From Ophelia neglecta (Eukaryota): a stretch of DNA of 64,000 bases. Location of the stretch: contig OZ260661.1 of the NCBI GenBank assembly GCA_965285935.1, positions 41,788,001 to 41,852,000 of the forward strand, in the 5' to 3' direction. Both the position numbers and the translations under genes were made by a program. The notes beneath the pieces are model-generated. The model had not been told where the DNA came from, made no database searches, and saw only the letters and a program-made list of their open reading frames with translations. Shown here piece after piece: positions 42,701-57,700 of the stretch (positions are counted from its first letter, which is position 1; every line of letters begins with the position of its first letter).

Positions 42701-45700
42701 CATGACAGGAATCATTTTACTTTGGAAACATTTTCAAGGTCTGACAAAAAGCTGGATCTTAACTTGCTTCTTGTGATTCTGCTGCTATTAGGATGATTTG
42801 GAAACTGAGAACCATGTCTATACACATCATGATCTATGTTTTTCTTTATGTTAAGTGATACATCAATATGCTACATTTTTATCATAATACTTTTTAATAT
42901 ACCCCATGTATTAATTTAGAAATAATAATACTTTGATAATATGTGGGTTGGCCTGTGAATATATAAAGAAAAACTAGGGTTAAATTGAAATCAGAAGCAT
43001 GAATGATTGATTTCTGGATTAATGTTGACTGTGTCACATGAAAGTTGCTGTTTTTTCAGACCACTGTATGAAAGTCTTTAAAGCCAGGATAGGGAACTTC
43101 AGAGTTAGGTTCATTGAAATAAATATAACAAATTGATCTCCCTAGAATTTTCCTTTTTTATTATGACTGCTCTCCGCACAATTGTAGGTGTGTAAATCAT
43201 GCAATAAACACTATGAAATATGACAATGATATCAGCACAAATACATCGCTTGTTTTTTTGTAGACATTTATACATGTTCTGATTAAAATGTGCTTTAATC
43301 TGTTCACTTGCTAAAAGGGCTTGCATAAAAACAGTGCTTGTTATTTGAATGAAGATCTCAAGGTTGGTTCATATGTAAAAAGGTTGTTGTTACAAAATAA
43401 CCAAGGTTGCCATTCAAAATAAGATGGCTAGACTTGGTTCCTGGCATGTTTTGAAATTTGCAAGATTAGCATATACAATAAACTGCCAGTTAAAAATAAG
43501 AATTACTCTCTGTGGATTCTTAAATTTAAGTGGCAACTATAAAAGTATATCATTTAAAAACTTGTTAGTGATTTATTTTAAAAATCAAAGGCACTACTTA
43601 GTCTTGTTGTCCCTGGACCCATTGTTTGCATTCCAGTTTCCTGCCTAGCAGTTTTATTTTTATTTTGATATCTCATAAAATATAAGTTTTCTTGACAATT
43701 GAGACAAGAGTAGCATATAACTGTATGATGAACTGATTAAATTTTGGGCTTAATGTGAAAAACAAGATGTCTGCCATGGCCATGGTCTCCAAAATCCTAT
43801 ATTTATGATAGCTTCTGAATGGCTTACAATTCTACAGATGACCTTCTTTTCAGAATTGACCACAACAAATTAACTTAATTGTGCTAGAAGGGTGTATAAC
43901 AGGTATTGACTACTAATAGGAAGTCGTATGCAAGACGCCTAATGATAACTGAATTTGACCTTTTCCTCCTTTTCAAGGTCAGTTGGAGAAAAATTGATTT
44001 TTCAGCAAAACATATCTATTTAAAAGTGCTATATATGCAAAACTATAACAAATATTGAATGCTAATATGAAGTCATATGTTAGGATTGTACTGATGACCT
44101 TTCATTTGACTGTGACCTCTTCTTCAATGTCAAATTGAGAAGACTTGATTTTTTGACCTTCACCTCTTTCAAATATGATATATAAACAGATATATATGAA
44201 CATATACCGTAAATGATCTAATAGAGGACGCATCTTTAATAAAGGACGCACTCTTAGTTTTAGAATAAGGTTGGATCATAGCTTATTTGTGAATATTTAT
44301 ACTTTCAAAGTGTATAAAGGAGCTTTGTTATTCCATACAAGTGTAAAATTAATTATTTTCTAGACCCGAAAAAAGAAAAAGTGGGTCTTCTATTAGGTCA
44401 AATTTGGTAATTGACATTTCACTTATTAGTTGTTAATACAAACTACATGTATGTTACTCATGGAAATTTCACTGTTGTATGTCCTATCTTTCCAGAGTAA
44501 TGTATATCAGTGTAACCAAAATGGTAACCTTATAGTCCATGACTTCGCAAAGACCCTGCTAGAAAATATGCCAAAGAATGCCATTGTGTTCACTAGAGGA
44601 GATCTTCCCAGCAACACAATGAGGTATGTTCATTTTTTTTTATTGAAGCCGACTTATTTCAGATAGAAGTACATGTGTATGGTGATATAGCATGGCCTCC
44701 ATCCCATGAGCCACAGTCAAGGCTCTTTGAAATGGCTGAATCTGGGCAACAGCTATAAACGTTTTGCACAGAAATGAACTTAAGGGCTGGGGACTTGTTT
44801 ACGTAATGGCTAACCCACTGTGCCAAGACTCCCAAGTTACCCAGCAGGGGGATTATTTGCATTATTTGCCAACGATTCAGGTTCATGTGCATTTATGATT
44901 TTTGATACTCAGGCTCTCAAAACAAATTGTTGTACTGAACACAAATTTTAATATTGATTAATAAGTTTTAAAATCGGTATTAGGTTGCATCAATAGCTTC
45001 TCTTAAAAGTGATCCACGTGCGAATTTTGTTTTATTTTTGAATATTTTTTTACTAAATGTCCCCTAATCAAGCCAGCATTTGCTTGTAACCTCTTGTAGT
45101 ACTGGGTTTTTGAGATTTAAATTAGGGTAAGTTAAAGAAAAGAACTTTTGCCAACAACACTATGCTACACAATATTGAGCCACATGAAAATGACATATTT
45201 CTTTAAATATCAAAAGAAGATCACCTTTCTTTTATTCCTCTGCAAATCAGTTAAAGGTATAGTTTTTGAAATAACATAGTTTGAAAGATTTCAGGCGATA
45301 TCCCAGCCATGGTAATGATTATTGGGGATAGTGGCAAAGACCTTTACATCATGTGCCCATTCCTCCTCTGCTGTTCCACCTAATTATATTGATGATTGTG
45401 GCGGGCGGATAGTCAAGCAGAAAACTCCCTGGTTGTCAAGTCTTTGCTTACCGTCCCTCCAACAATGTCAAATTGTGTTCAGATGTCATTTTGGCCTGTC
45501 AGCACTGCCAATGCCACACAAGATATACCGTACATGTAGGAGTACATGGTGAGTTAATCTCTGACAGGTCATGTTGTCCAGAGATGTGTATTGGTAAGAC
45601 TGTACTACTGTCCTATCATAGCTAATGCAGTAGGAAATTCAATTTTCCATCAGCAAAACAGCAAGTTGTAACAGTTTGCTTCTATGCCATTATACGTGTT

Positions 45701-48700
45701 GCAAGGCTGTAACTCACATTGGGAGTGTTTAGGTCAACTCTCCGGGGTTAACCACCTTTTAGCAAATAGTGCCTGTTATTGAAGGGAGACCGTGGGGAAT
45801 AACAATCCCCAAGGGTATACCAGTTTGCTCCAACGGCCATGTTCATGAGACCTGTGGCCTCAGGAAAATGGCAGTTGGAGCATACATGTATGCCCAAGGG
45901 GCTCATTATTCCCAATGCATCCCTAAATATTGGGAAGGCACTATTTTCTTTATTATTTTCCTACTATATGCTATTAATAGAGGAAAATGAGCTGCCCTCT
46001 CAATTATAACCAACATTTCCGACTTTCAACTGCTTCCTTAGTAGTTGCCAAAGCAAATCGCAGGTATTACTTTCAGATTTTTCATCTCAGAAACAAATTA
46101 CAAGGTATAGTAAAGCTATAAAAACAGGAGTGCATGAACTAATTTGAGAAGTGATGCACGGGTAGCTGGAAGTTAATTTTGATGTGTGGTACTTAGAGGT
46201 GCAGTATGCACTGATGCTAAACTACTACCATATTTTAGGCCTCATGAATAATATTTCCCCCCCCCCCTTCCTTGTATAAATTGAGCTGACTCACTTGTTT
46301 GGAAATATCTGGTCTTGTATGAGCAATGTATGTAAAAAGAGCTGTTACAAGCCAGCAGGCCAGCTAGCTAGGTCAGAATTGTCAGACAGGAAGGGTAACT
46401 AGCAGAAGACCAATAGCTATGGCTTTGTGTATCAGGAGGTGTTGAAATTATGTCATTATCCAGGATTTATTGTCTAGGCATATCACAAGGGATGTCCCCT
46501 AGTAATACAAAATAATTGGATTTGGCAAATCATAAAAATATCCATACAAAAAGCACAGAGAAATTTTTGGGGCGTGCTATAAAAGATGAGCACAAAGTGT
46601 ATTGACATTTGAAGAACTATATTAAACATTGAAGTAAAGTCTTTAAAGTGGCAAATTTGACACAAAGGATCCATTTTCAAGACCAATTTGACCAAACTGA
46701 ATTATCCAAAGTGGGACGTGTGGCACCATTTTACTTGAATATTGTCCTATATGTAAGACTGTATTCATACATGGTCCATATCTTCCATCCAGGTACATGC
46801 ATCACTCAGTGAATGTCAGCTGTTTGAAAAAACATAAAAAACATATTTTATTTAATGTGTATTAAGAAATTGTCCCCGAGCGTTTATATACATTTTTCTG
46901 TTGTAAAGTACTGTAACCCTTCTAGGATTTCAGATTTATTTTCTCTTTGTTGTTATCGCATTTAGTTGTGGACCACCAATGGAAATACTTTATAGGTTAA
47001 GAAATAATCTCTTCTGAATTACTTTTTTTCTCTACATGGCACTGTTAACCCTGCTACGATACTACCTAGTAATTTTCTACAGTAGCAACAGTATTAATGG
47101 TGCAGAAAATATCAAAGGTAGAAGCATTCTTTCAAGATATGGTTGAAGGCTTTAACAGGAAACCTTTGCTGGTCAGAATCCTTGACACCTGAGTGGTTTC
47201 TCTCACTAATTTTTGCCCACTCATTGTTTGGCATGCCATTTGGTTGGGTCTCAGTAATACTTGTATGAATAACCAAGATTTTTGTCAGAATCTATTTATA
47301 ATTACCATTTGTAACAGCAAACTACTTCTTTTCTAATCAAAGCATCATTCTGAAACTTTCACAGTGTGCTGTCTTGGCACTATAGTTAATCGTAGGCTAT
47401 GATAAAAGGACGTAGGGTGTGCAAGTGTCTCCATTCTCCATGTATTTTCGGACGGGCTAACTTGGTTGTCAACAAGAGCCATGTTGAAATCCGTTTCTGG
47501 GGCTAATGGCGAGTGTTACTTTACTTAAGCACAGTTTACTGTCCCTTGCCATTTTATTCGCATATGTGTCACACCACAGGGTATAATTAATTGCGGTGTG
47601 GATACACGCTATAAATCGTTAGCCATTTTCAGCCCAAACTTCATTTTCTCGATATTTTTGACTGAGTTTATTTCATTGGTGCAATATTAAAGAGGTCACA
47701 TAAATCATGTGTTCCCTCAACGATTTACCGTACCAGCCCTGAATATCGTAAATGGCGGTACCAGCCTGTTTCTATACTACTGACTTTTATATAATGCTAT
47801 TGCACAGGGCTGCTGAAAGGGGGGTGCGGGGGCGCTAGCAGAGCAAATGTGGGGGGTGTCGGCCAGAAATCTACAATTCTTAGGGGGGGGGGGGACTAGA
47901 CGAGGGTTAGAAGGGATGGGTTGGGGAGGGGGTATAGTGGTGTATGGGCAATAACTTTTTTCGTGACAAATATAAGTGCTGGTAGGAGGCCCAGGGGGCT
48001 GAATATGAGCGAAGCGAACGGGCCTTTCTAGTGAGTATATAAAAGGATTATTGCCACCCAACCCGTTTTTTAAGAAAATGGGGGATATGTGTTGGGCCAT
48101 GATCTCAGGCGGCTGCATGGGGGCACAAAAGGCGGCAGCTGCCCTGCCTTTTGTTTGGCCATAACTCAGCAACCATTAGGGCCACAATATCTATATATGA
48201 CAGGTATGGTATATAGGTCTCGAAAATTTGTTTGAGATAGATGGCGCCACCCTAATGCCTATACTACTTCCTTTGAGGTAATATGGTGACAAAGTTTGTT
48301 AACAAGATTGCCCAAAACTTATCTGATCTATGGTGCTGCATTTTTAGCCTGATATGAACTGATTAACTTGCGGTGGACCTAGCAAGGCAATGTAAAAAAA
48401 TGTTTTTAGCAGTAGTTAGTTAATTATCTAGGCTGTAACATTTGACTGAATATTTTTGTTGGCTCTGTATACCCTGTAATAATTAAAGCATCATCCCTTA
48501 TGGTAATGTATGTGCTATATCAGTGTGCTTTGAAGTATCCATGTTAATGATTATTCTTCACTAATGGACATTTTACAGATTGATCACTGTTTATTTCCAT
48601 TTATTTATGTTTTAGACAGTTCTATCACACACCTTGCTGGATTTGGCAAGCCTTCAAAACTTTAACTAGCTTCAGTCTCACTTCTCAATGTTTCTACCAA

Positions 48701-51700
48701 CTTTGCTGTTTTTTTGCACACAATTCTACATTGAATATACACGTATTCAACACCATTTTCCCCATTTAATTAAGTTAACCCCAAGTGCAAAGCACAATAA
48801 AGATATCAATTTGTTTCTATTGCACCAAAATAATAAAATCTGAGTAAGTTGTAATCTGAGTTACAGAGTTAATACATTTAATATTGTCATGGAATGATAT
48901 TTAATATCAGACCTGTTGGCTGATATTTGTAATTCTAATATGTATTTGTCACTGAGCCTTATTGAATGGTCAACTCAGCTTGACTTCAATGACAAAATGG
49001 ATGTGTAACACCTTTTGTACGTATCCAATCATAAGTTGCTTTTAGAGTACAAATAGCTACAAAAGCAAACCTACAGTTTCCATTTTCAGAAAACATCAGC
49101 AGACTACAGGCAATTAGCGCCAACACCGCAATATTCTTTCAATGAATTGCTTTGAGATCTGTTGGCCTGACCTTTTGTCTCTACTGGATTGAGTTCATTG
49201 CCCATCTGCTCATTCTGTCAACTAAGATATTTCTGTGGAATTGTTTAGGCAGTGAATATGATTATCAACACTAGCTGGGGTGGTTTGAAGTTGCCAAGCC
49301 TCTGGGAGAAGTACTTTGGACCAACAAATCTATGTTAGACCACTGTCAATACCTGGGTTTGCAACGTTGCACAAAGGCAAACGAGCTCTCCCTGTAGCTG
49401 CTGTCTCTGTGAAAAGCAGCTTTCTGATGAATTCTAAACCTTTCAAACCATGCCCATGACTTTAATGTGGATTCCACATGGGCTTATGTCTCATTCGGTA
49501 GACCTCAAAGCCTTAAAATCTGCTCAAACGTAGCATTATGTTGTTTGGGCTGCCCTTGATCCTGGCCCAGGGAGCATCCTTTGCTTGACCAACTGTATAG
49601 TCATAATGGTTTAAGAATGTATTGTTGCAAGGTTAAGCGCTAAGCCTGATCTGTGCACTCTCCCTATCAGAATGTTAATTGGCCCTTAGGGACATGAAAG
49701 GTAATTCTAGCCCCACAGAAGACAGTTTAATTGTGGCTTGGTTAAAAATGTTTTTGATTATAATTTGTAACATTGTATTTCATTTTACTTAATTTCAGAT
49801 TGGAAAAAGGCTTCTTGTCTCCCAGTCAACGAATTGGTATAATTAAATAATTCCATAAAGGTTAAAAGCTGGATTACTTGGGTAATTGGAGACCTATCTC
49901 ACTTTCCACAATAGACTCTATTGCAATTCTTGGTGTGACCCTTAGTGGCACTCAAAGCCAGCAAGTCCATTTAAAGAAATGGGTGTCCCTGCATCAGCAT
50001 ATAGATTCTCATGGTCAGAGTTAGAATAGAAAACATACAAGGTTACAACATGGCATGAGTTTTGCCGTAAGCAGCCATAATAGCATCTAGCTGAGTAATA
50101 ATTATAAAAACTTTTGTTGGGATATCTCATTAATATGAATTTGTAACTAAAAAATTTAGCAATTGAGTAAAAAATTATTTTGCCCTTTTAAGGTATCACT
50201 TCCCAGTATTTCCTATGCAAATGGAGATCATGTTCCTTGTTCCACAAGCTTGTCTTCTCCACATTTAACCATGCAGCCCTGGGGCAATTTTTTTCATTCT
50301 ATTGGTAGATCTTTGCTCTCTTGGCTTAAATTATTCATCATTGGAGAGTATGATAATTAGGCCATTGTTTCAATGGAGAGCTGGATTGAGTTTGGCTGGA
50401 TAGCGGTCCAGGTTTTTCTTGTTTACCAGCAGGCAGTCACAGACCTCATCTTTAGGTATCTACAGATATCTGGTTTGGTGGACTTGAGTTCAATGATGGG
50501 TCTTTGAATATTTATTTATTGATAATAATATAAACATTAATAAATAACACAAATAACAAATATATCCTAGCAAGATAGAACTGGTCAAATAAAACATGCA
50601 AAATACTTGCCAATCAAATAAATGGGCCTGACTCTGACTGATATAATATTATGTATCAATATAATAAGGTCTAACATGCCTAAGGTGAAACATTCATGCT
50701 GTCAGACGACTTAGACATTATTTCTAGCCATTGGGTATATTTATATGATGCTACACACAATGATATTTGTGTCAACACTATTATATTAACATAATTTAAT
50801 ATAATTGGTAGGACTCTACTTATGGTCCCAATGTATGGTCCACAATCTTGGATTACCACAGTTTATTAGATTTAAATCTTAATGCTGTATTAATTGATTC
50901 ATAAGTAATATAATATTAATTATAGTTACAAATAATAATTATGTATGTATCCTAACAGAAAGGTGCAAGAATTCAATCTGCAAGTACATGTTAATCATTT
51001 TATGGAATAACAAATTGACATTTAACTAGAATATCTAATTCTCCAGTTGATTAAAATGATTCTCCAACATCATCGTCAGATATGCTCTGACAGCCCTATG
51101 TCATTTTTATCATTGCCTTATTACTTCCTGATGGACCAAGTGTATATGAATAACATTGCAAGAACAATAATTATCACCCGCCAAATAAAAATTCCATCCA
51201 GATATATAATAGTTTCATGTACTAGTGAATTATCTTGGCTCAGTTTAAGAGAAATTACCTGAAGTGACTGAGCCTGGAAGCTTTTGTTGGCCACTTTGGA
51301 AGGAATATGTAAAAAGACTGTTATTTTTCTTAAACACTTATTTTCTGATGGTTTTGATTATGGTACACACCTTTTTTGAAAAAAATGAGTGTTGTATGTA
51401 TCGGGCCTCTAGGTTAGCTGGGATCCGTCACTGTCACAAAAGAGGATGCCTATTATATCCATTGCCATAATAATGGATATAAAAAAATAACATACTTTTT
51501 TATGCAGTCTACGGTAACCTATTTAATATATCATTTGTCACTGTGTGTTTACTAAAATTGTGAAGAAACCAGATACATGAATATCATATGCCAAGTTCCC
51601 CACTTTAAATTATTAAAGTTACCCATTTATAGCATGGAAATAGGTAGAGGGCACTGTATATATAAGCTTATGTATGTGAGGGTGAAAATACACCTAACCA

Positions 51701-54700
51701 TTGACAAGTCGAGTAAGAGAATTGTCTGCAGAATCCCTCCTTAAATATAGTGGATTGTGGTATATTTTTATGACCCTCCCCCCCCCCCCTCCCTCTCAGT
51801 GATAAAAACTGACCCGCCCATCATGATTACATGCCTTAAGGGAGGCCAAGTGGAAATAGTAACCCAAGACTTTGTAATCATGCTGGTATCTTATTTTCTT
51901 TTTAAATAACTTGGGCATTTTAATTTATGTAAGAAACCTCTTGCCCTGACAATATAATTCAGGTGGAAAAATGTCCTTCCCTTCTTTTAGTCATGCTGTA
52001 ATCCGGATTTGTGGCATCTAAATATTTTCAGATTCTTTTAATAACAAATTACAGTTTGAATCTCATTTCAAGAGGAACTTTTCTGCGCAGTGCAACAGAT
52101 ATCGTTTTCTGAGTGCCTAGCAGGCATTTAATTTCAAGTAAATTTGTAACATTTCTCATTTCCTGGCCTTATTAATCCAGCTATTAATTGCAATTTCATC
52201 ATGCACCTTATCTGTGCCTCAGGTTACAGCATGTTGGATCAAATAAGAGAAGCATTATCGTAAATGAAATACATCTGAAGCGTAATTACCGGTATATACT
52301 TTTGCTTTTAGATATTTCCATCTCTGTGAGGGTGTTAGACCAGATCTCCAGCTTGTAGATGTTGAGGTAATGTCTTTTATAATTATTTATGATGTTTTAA
52401 TAACAAAGAGTTAAACATATTGCCGGTTGATCTGGGCCATGCCTGCTATCATCAGATTGTGATCAATGTGATTCACTGCCCTTCTGGCAGTGTTTAAACT
52501 ACGACCCTATAAGTAACACAAAACATGACAATATCTTTCCCTTGCACGAGTTAATATCAGAACAAATTATAACATTGTGGCAGTCACAGCTGAAGATCAT
52601 AATTAGATAGAACTAGCTTAGTTTAAAAGTAGTTTAGGCAAATAAACCGGGGCTAGTAGCGTGATTATATGAAGGTCTGGGACTTGGCTGCTTATCTTTT
52701 TCCAAAGGTGTAAATTCCAGGATGACTGGAGATTTGAAGATCATTCAAATGTAAAGGGATAGCCTCTTATAAGCTGATTTAATATCCTATGATTATACAG
52801 CAACATCAAACAAACTGAGTGAGTTTGTTGAACTAAAGATAAAATCTCCCAAAAACCTTTTGCACATTAGAGGAGGCATTTTTATTCATGCACTGACCAT
52901 AGGCATTGAGTGACAAACTCTGCTCAGTCTATTGTTGTTAGGCCTTTCATGACACCCTCAGTGACCTGCTAAAGTCATTTGGCTGTTTTAAAAAATCACA
53001 GGACATTCAGTCTTCGTGTTTTGCATTAGCAGAGTAAACCACAGTTATTACCAGTAGCCTACCAGTGAAAATGCCTGTAAAGAAAAACCACATATGTGAA
53101 TTCCTTTAGAAAAGTGTTTAAGCTTAGTTTAATCTTGGGTGTATTATAAACATTTTCATTATAAAACCAATGACAGAATGCTTCAAAATTGTCACTTTCT
53201 TTTAATTATATCACTGAAAACTGTGTTTTCGACAGGTGTTGACTTATGAATGGTCACTCCCGATGTTGAGACACCATCATCCTAAGGTGAACTTTCCTGG
53301 AGACTTCTGGTTTACTACAAGTACTTTGTGGTCAGATGGGCGACGGTCCTTTGACTTTAAGTCTTTGCTGGATGCTAATCAGAAGTAGGTGTTATTTTCA
53401 TTGCTCTGCAAATGACAACAAGCAGTAATGGAGATACTGTAATAATACCAGCTCCTTCATCTGCAGGGAAGATGATGGTATTAATATAACTCCATTGCAG
53501 CCTGTTGTTCATCCATCATCTGAAGGAAGATACTTGTTGCCCCCCCACCTTTTACAGAAACAAAATTTAGGGGGTTATGTATTTGGCCTCCTCTGATGCT
53601 GCTGACGCTGGCGACGAATTTCTAATACTGTAACGTCAACTTTGGACAGGAGGCCTCATATATGCTTGGGTCTGGCACATTTTCCCAAGTAGTGTTTGGG
53701 ACATTACTATCTATGTTATACTTCATCAGTTATTAAAGAAATTTATAAAAGTTCATGTGTACTCAACAGCCATCAGTATTAAAGAAGTCACTATGTAGTC
53801 GGGTTGGCTGTCCGTTCGGTGTCCAGCGTCCGGCTGTAATGTATGTAGAGCAAAAGGTAATAACGTCATAGAAAGGCATATCAGGTGTGTTAAACATTCA
53901 TAGGAAGTCATGTGCAGGGATTTTTTTGATGGATATAAACTTGATCTTTATTTTATTTTTTTAATCTCTGTTTGGATTAATGGTTTAAGATTGACATATC
54001 AGATGTGTTTATCTCAAATAAGAAGTCATATACAAGGTGTCATTAGGGGCTATGACCTTGACCTTGACCTCTGCTAGAAGGTCAAATCATGTAATCCGAT
54101 TTTCAAATCCTCCATATGGCTATCAGTTCAAGATTGGCATGTCAAATACCCTGGTATGTTATTAACTAATAAGAAGTCATATACAGGGAATCTTTTGTAC
54201 AATATGAACTTGACCTTCACCTCTGCTTGATGGTATATTTATGTATTCTGAATCCAAAGCCTTTGTATGCCTTAATGGTTCAATATAAGGATATCAAATG
54301 TGTTGACCTCGTTCTTGGTGCCTTGTGATCGCTTGGACAGGGGCCCCTCCCCCTGAAACCTGTTTACCTTAACTGATATGTCATTATTGGGCTGTATGAT
54401 GTCCTTTGAAAGCAGTACAATCAACACCTGTTGGCGTTGAATTCAGTCTGGTTCTTTTCTTACATTATGCCAGAAATACCAAATATTAATATAGAATTGC
54501 ACCTAAGTGACAGAGAGTAAATTTTATTCAGGTATTTATCTATCAGGCAATTTATTTGTTAAGCATTTTATGGCCAATGTTTATTTCTTTTCTTTTTTTT
54601 AATAAAATAAATATCATTTTACATGCATATCCTGTGATTTGCTTTGAGAGATTAATTCCCCAACCTTTTTTGCAGAAATTTTGGGGCTATATTGCACAGG

Positions 54701-57700
54701 TATGGTATATTGGCCCTGGAAATTTGTTTGAGATAGCCACCCTAGTGCAAATACTACTTCTTGTACAGCAATATGGTGACAAAAGCTCATCAAAAAGATT
54801 GGGAAAAAAGTATTGGAGCTATGTGATTGACAGGTTTTTTTTGCTTTTCTTGCCATTTCAAACAATTTAAACTATTTTCATCCCATTCAAATTGGAATTA
54901 GTTTTTTTGTTTAAATTTTTCGATACTTTTTTGTGTGCTCCTGTTGCCATTTCAGTGGGGGGGGGGGGGGGTTAATCATGGCAAAATTATTAAAAACTTT
55001 GTGTTGGTGATTAAATTTACCTGGTGATATATTCTGTGCATTATTAAGCTCAGCCTGCCCTGAGTTTATGTTCTCCACGTAGTTCAAATGTATGCTCTCT
55101 CTTATCAGGAGTGGGATTGGGTCTTAGGTAAATATATATAGAGAGTGAACCCTGTGAATTGAGACCACCCTAGGGACTGGAAAATATAGGTCTGATTATA
55201 GAGGTGGTCTTTTTGACAGGTTATTGCCTCCCATGATTTCTAGCATTTTGAGAAAATAAAATATTTTTGTTTTGGAGGGGGGGGGGGGATTTAAAATATG
55301 AGAAAGCACTTTTTTTGCTTTTCTCACCATTTCATGCAATTTCCAGTGGTTTTAGCAGATAAAAACATAATTTTGGCGGGTAGGAATCCTACCCTTAGTT
55401 TGAGTTTGTCTCAGACATGTTTACTATCCTTTTTAATGGTGGGGGGCTTGCATTTCTAAACGCCTTGTTAATTATGCTTTCACAGCAGTGGACTATTCTT
55501 TTTCATCCTAAACATGGCTACCTAGTCATATGATAGGAATCCTAATAGGATCTTAGAGTGGCCTCTTATTTTATTATTAAAAAATTTAATTAAACTCTAG
55601 TAACTGTTCAGTGGCCTAATAAAATAAGGCTAAGTCTAAATCTAAGTTTATATTACTTCTGTGGTTTCATGTAGAGGTGTGACGTTGATGTCCAATTCAA
55701 TGTTGGTTGGCTGATATGTGCGGATCGGCTAACATGACTCATTTTTTATAAAAGCCCTAACTCTTTTTTCAGTTCTTAGCGGTCAAGCTTTTATGATCAC
55801 CAGATGACTTTATTTTCTCTTTTTAAATGTATGTATTTTTGAAATAATGAATGGAATAAGAAAGGAATTCACCCAATTTAAACTTAATGAAAACCGTTCA
55901 AAGGTATCATTTGACTATCAACATGCAAAGGCACACCTACAAGTGAAAGCTTTTAATAAAGTTATTTGTGATAATTCCTTTCTGTCCAGTTTGTGTGGGT
56001 TTAATAGAATTTAAATCTTATGTTCAAATGTATCATATTTGCCTATCGTGTCAATAAGTTGAAACCAGTACCATTTATTTGCTGTTGAGGTTACAAAAAT
56101 GAGTACAAAAAATCAAGACAGTGACTGCTTTTGGTTGGACAGGCGTGAACACTATGAGCCAAACACAGTTAACTTTCTGGCTGATCTTAGTTGTTCACTG
56201 TAATAATCACATACCAGGTACATGTTGTTACCAGTGAATCATATTCGTTATGTTTGCAAGTTAGGAAAACATATACATACTAGAATTAGAAAGATGTCAT
56301 ATTGAAAGTTAAAAATAAGTGTGTGCAAATAGCCAGAGACCCCTTATTAAACATTCTGAGCAGTGTTGTATGGCCCAGTTCTGTATACAGGAAGCCAGAG
56401 ATGATAGAGTGTGTTGATTAGCTCCGGGTTAAAACTTCTAAGATTTCAGCTGCATTTCACGGGACTGTTACATAGTCCTATGAACCCCAGGCAGATAGAA
56501 TGAAACACCCTGGCTCAAAAGACCACTGAAATATGTCTGAGTACCTGTACATGTATAACATGTGACTTTTAAAATGATTGTGTGAGTTGGACATATTATG
56601 ATAAAAATGATTACAGTGATTTTGATGTCATTTCTCTCCAGATCCTTATGGTTCATGGATGAGTGAATGTGGTTTTTAATGCTATTGAGCATGATGGATG
56701 AAAAACAAAACTCATCTAGGCACTTAAATCAGGATTAGTGTTTTTTTCTTCTAAAGAACTAGATTTGGGACAAACATGTGGCACATCAATATGAACACTA
56801 TCTATGAGGAAAGCAGCTGAACTGGGGCATGCAATGCTTGTCAGATACAAGAGTGAAGTGATCCATTAATAGCATTTTTGTTGAATTTCCTTCTTTGATA
56901 CATTAGCCAGTGGACCCTCATACAGCATTGATAGCATGCAGTTCTCCGATTGAGGAGCTATTTGGCTTGAGGGCGAAGAGCAGCCCAAAGTATAGAATTT
57001 TCATGACATTTATCCATTTTGATGCAAAACACGGAACGTTTATGGTCATTGATAATTACAATGCATTCATTCCAACATAGTCTCATGTCATGCTAAGGTA
57101 GTGTTGTGGCCCATATACTCAAAACTCATTGTCTTGGAAGACACAAAAATTTCTCGGAAGGACTTATCTGCGTGTCTATAATACAGGTCCATATTGTCAA
57201 ACTTCATTTTTTCTAGTGAAACTGGGTGCTGTCTCTAAATCATTATCTAGGGCCTACATGAATAAGTATTTCTAAGTTGGCTTCAATGATTATTTTGGTA
57301 ACAAGGACCCTCAGGTTAAAAAAATACCATCATTTATAGTCATGCCTGTCTTACTTTTCAGCAATTAAATTGCCTTCATCACCAGAACCAATAGAAACAT
57401 GGCACAGTCCCATCATCCAGCTAAAAATTTCTATTTCAGTGTACCTCTGATGGCCTGTATTGGCATGCAGGACAGGGATGGCTCATGGAAGGACAGTTAC
57501 CAGCTATGGCCATATGGACCTTGTAAGCAGATTTTTCCCATTTCTCAAACATTCATCCCTGCCAAATGGGCTAACGTGACTGGAGGCTTTGCAGATAAAT
57601 GGCAGCATCCTTTTGAAGGGTGAGTAAGCTCGTATTGTCGTGACCTGGCATGTGAATGTCAAGTTTGGTGGCAGGCTGGGAGCAGGTGGTCAGATAGGAA

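Noticed and set aside
44680-44850. tRNA gene or SINE head (A-box-like TGGCACAGTGG on the minus strand)
   Set aside because: There is no B box at a suitable distance and no cloverleaf. No tRNA, rRNA or snRNA gene was recognised anywhere in the window.
47390-47527. Possible SINE 3' fragment ending in TTACTTTACTT
   Set aside because: It is CpG-rich and repeat-like, but I could not support a TSD, head or family.
47805-48180. GC-rich block with a 131-aa Pro-rich ORF (47777..48172 -)
   Set aside because: The Pro-richness comes from G-runs. It looks like a degenerate MITE (CAGGGCTGCTGA start, GAGCGAAGCGA motif), but the right TIR and TSD are not convincing.
49000-50500. Possible ancient coding or transposon remnant
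   Set aside because: Composition is slightly coding-like, but the frames I inspected are interrupted and I recognised no domain motif; a translated search would be needed.
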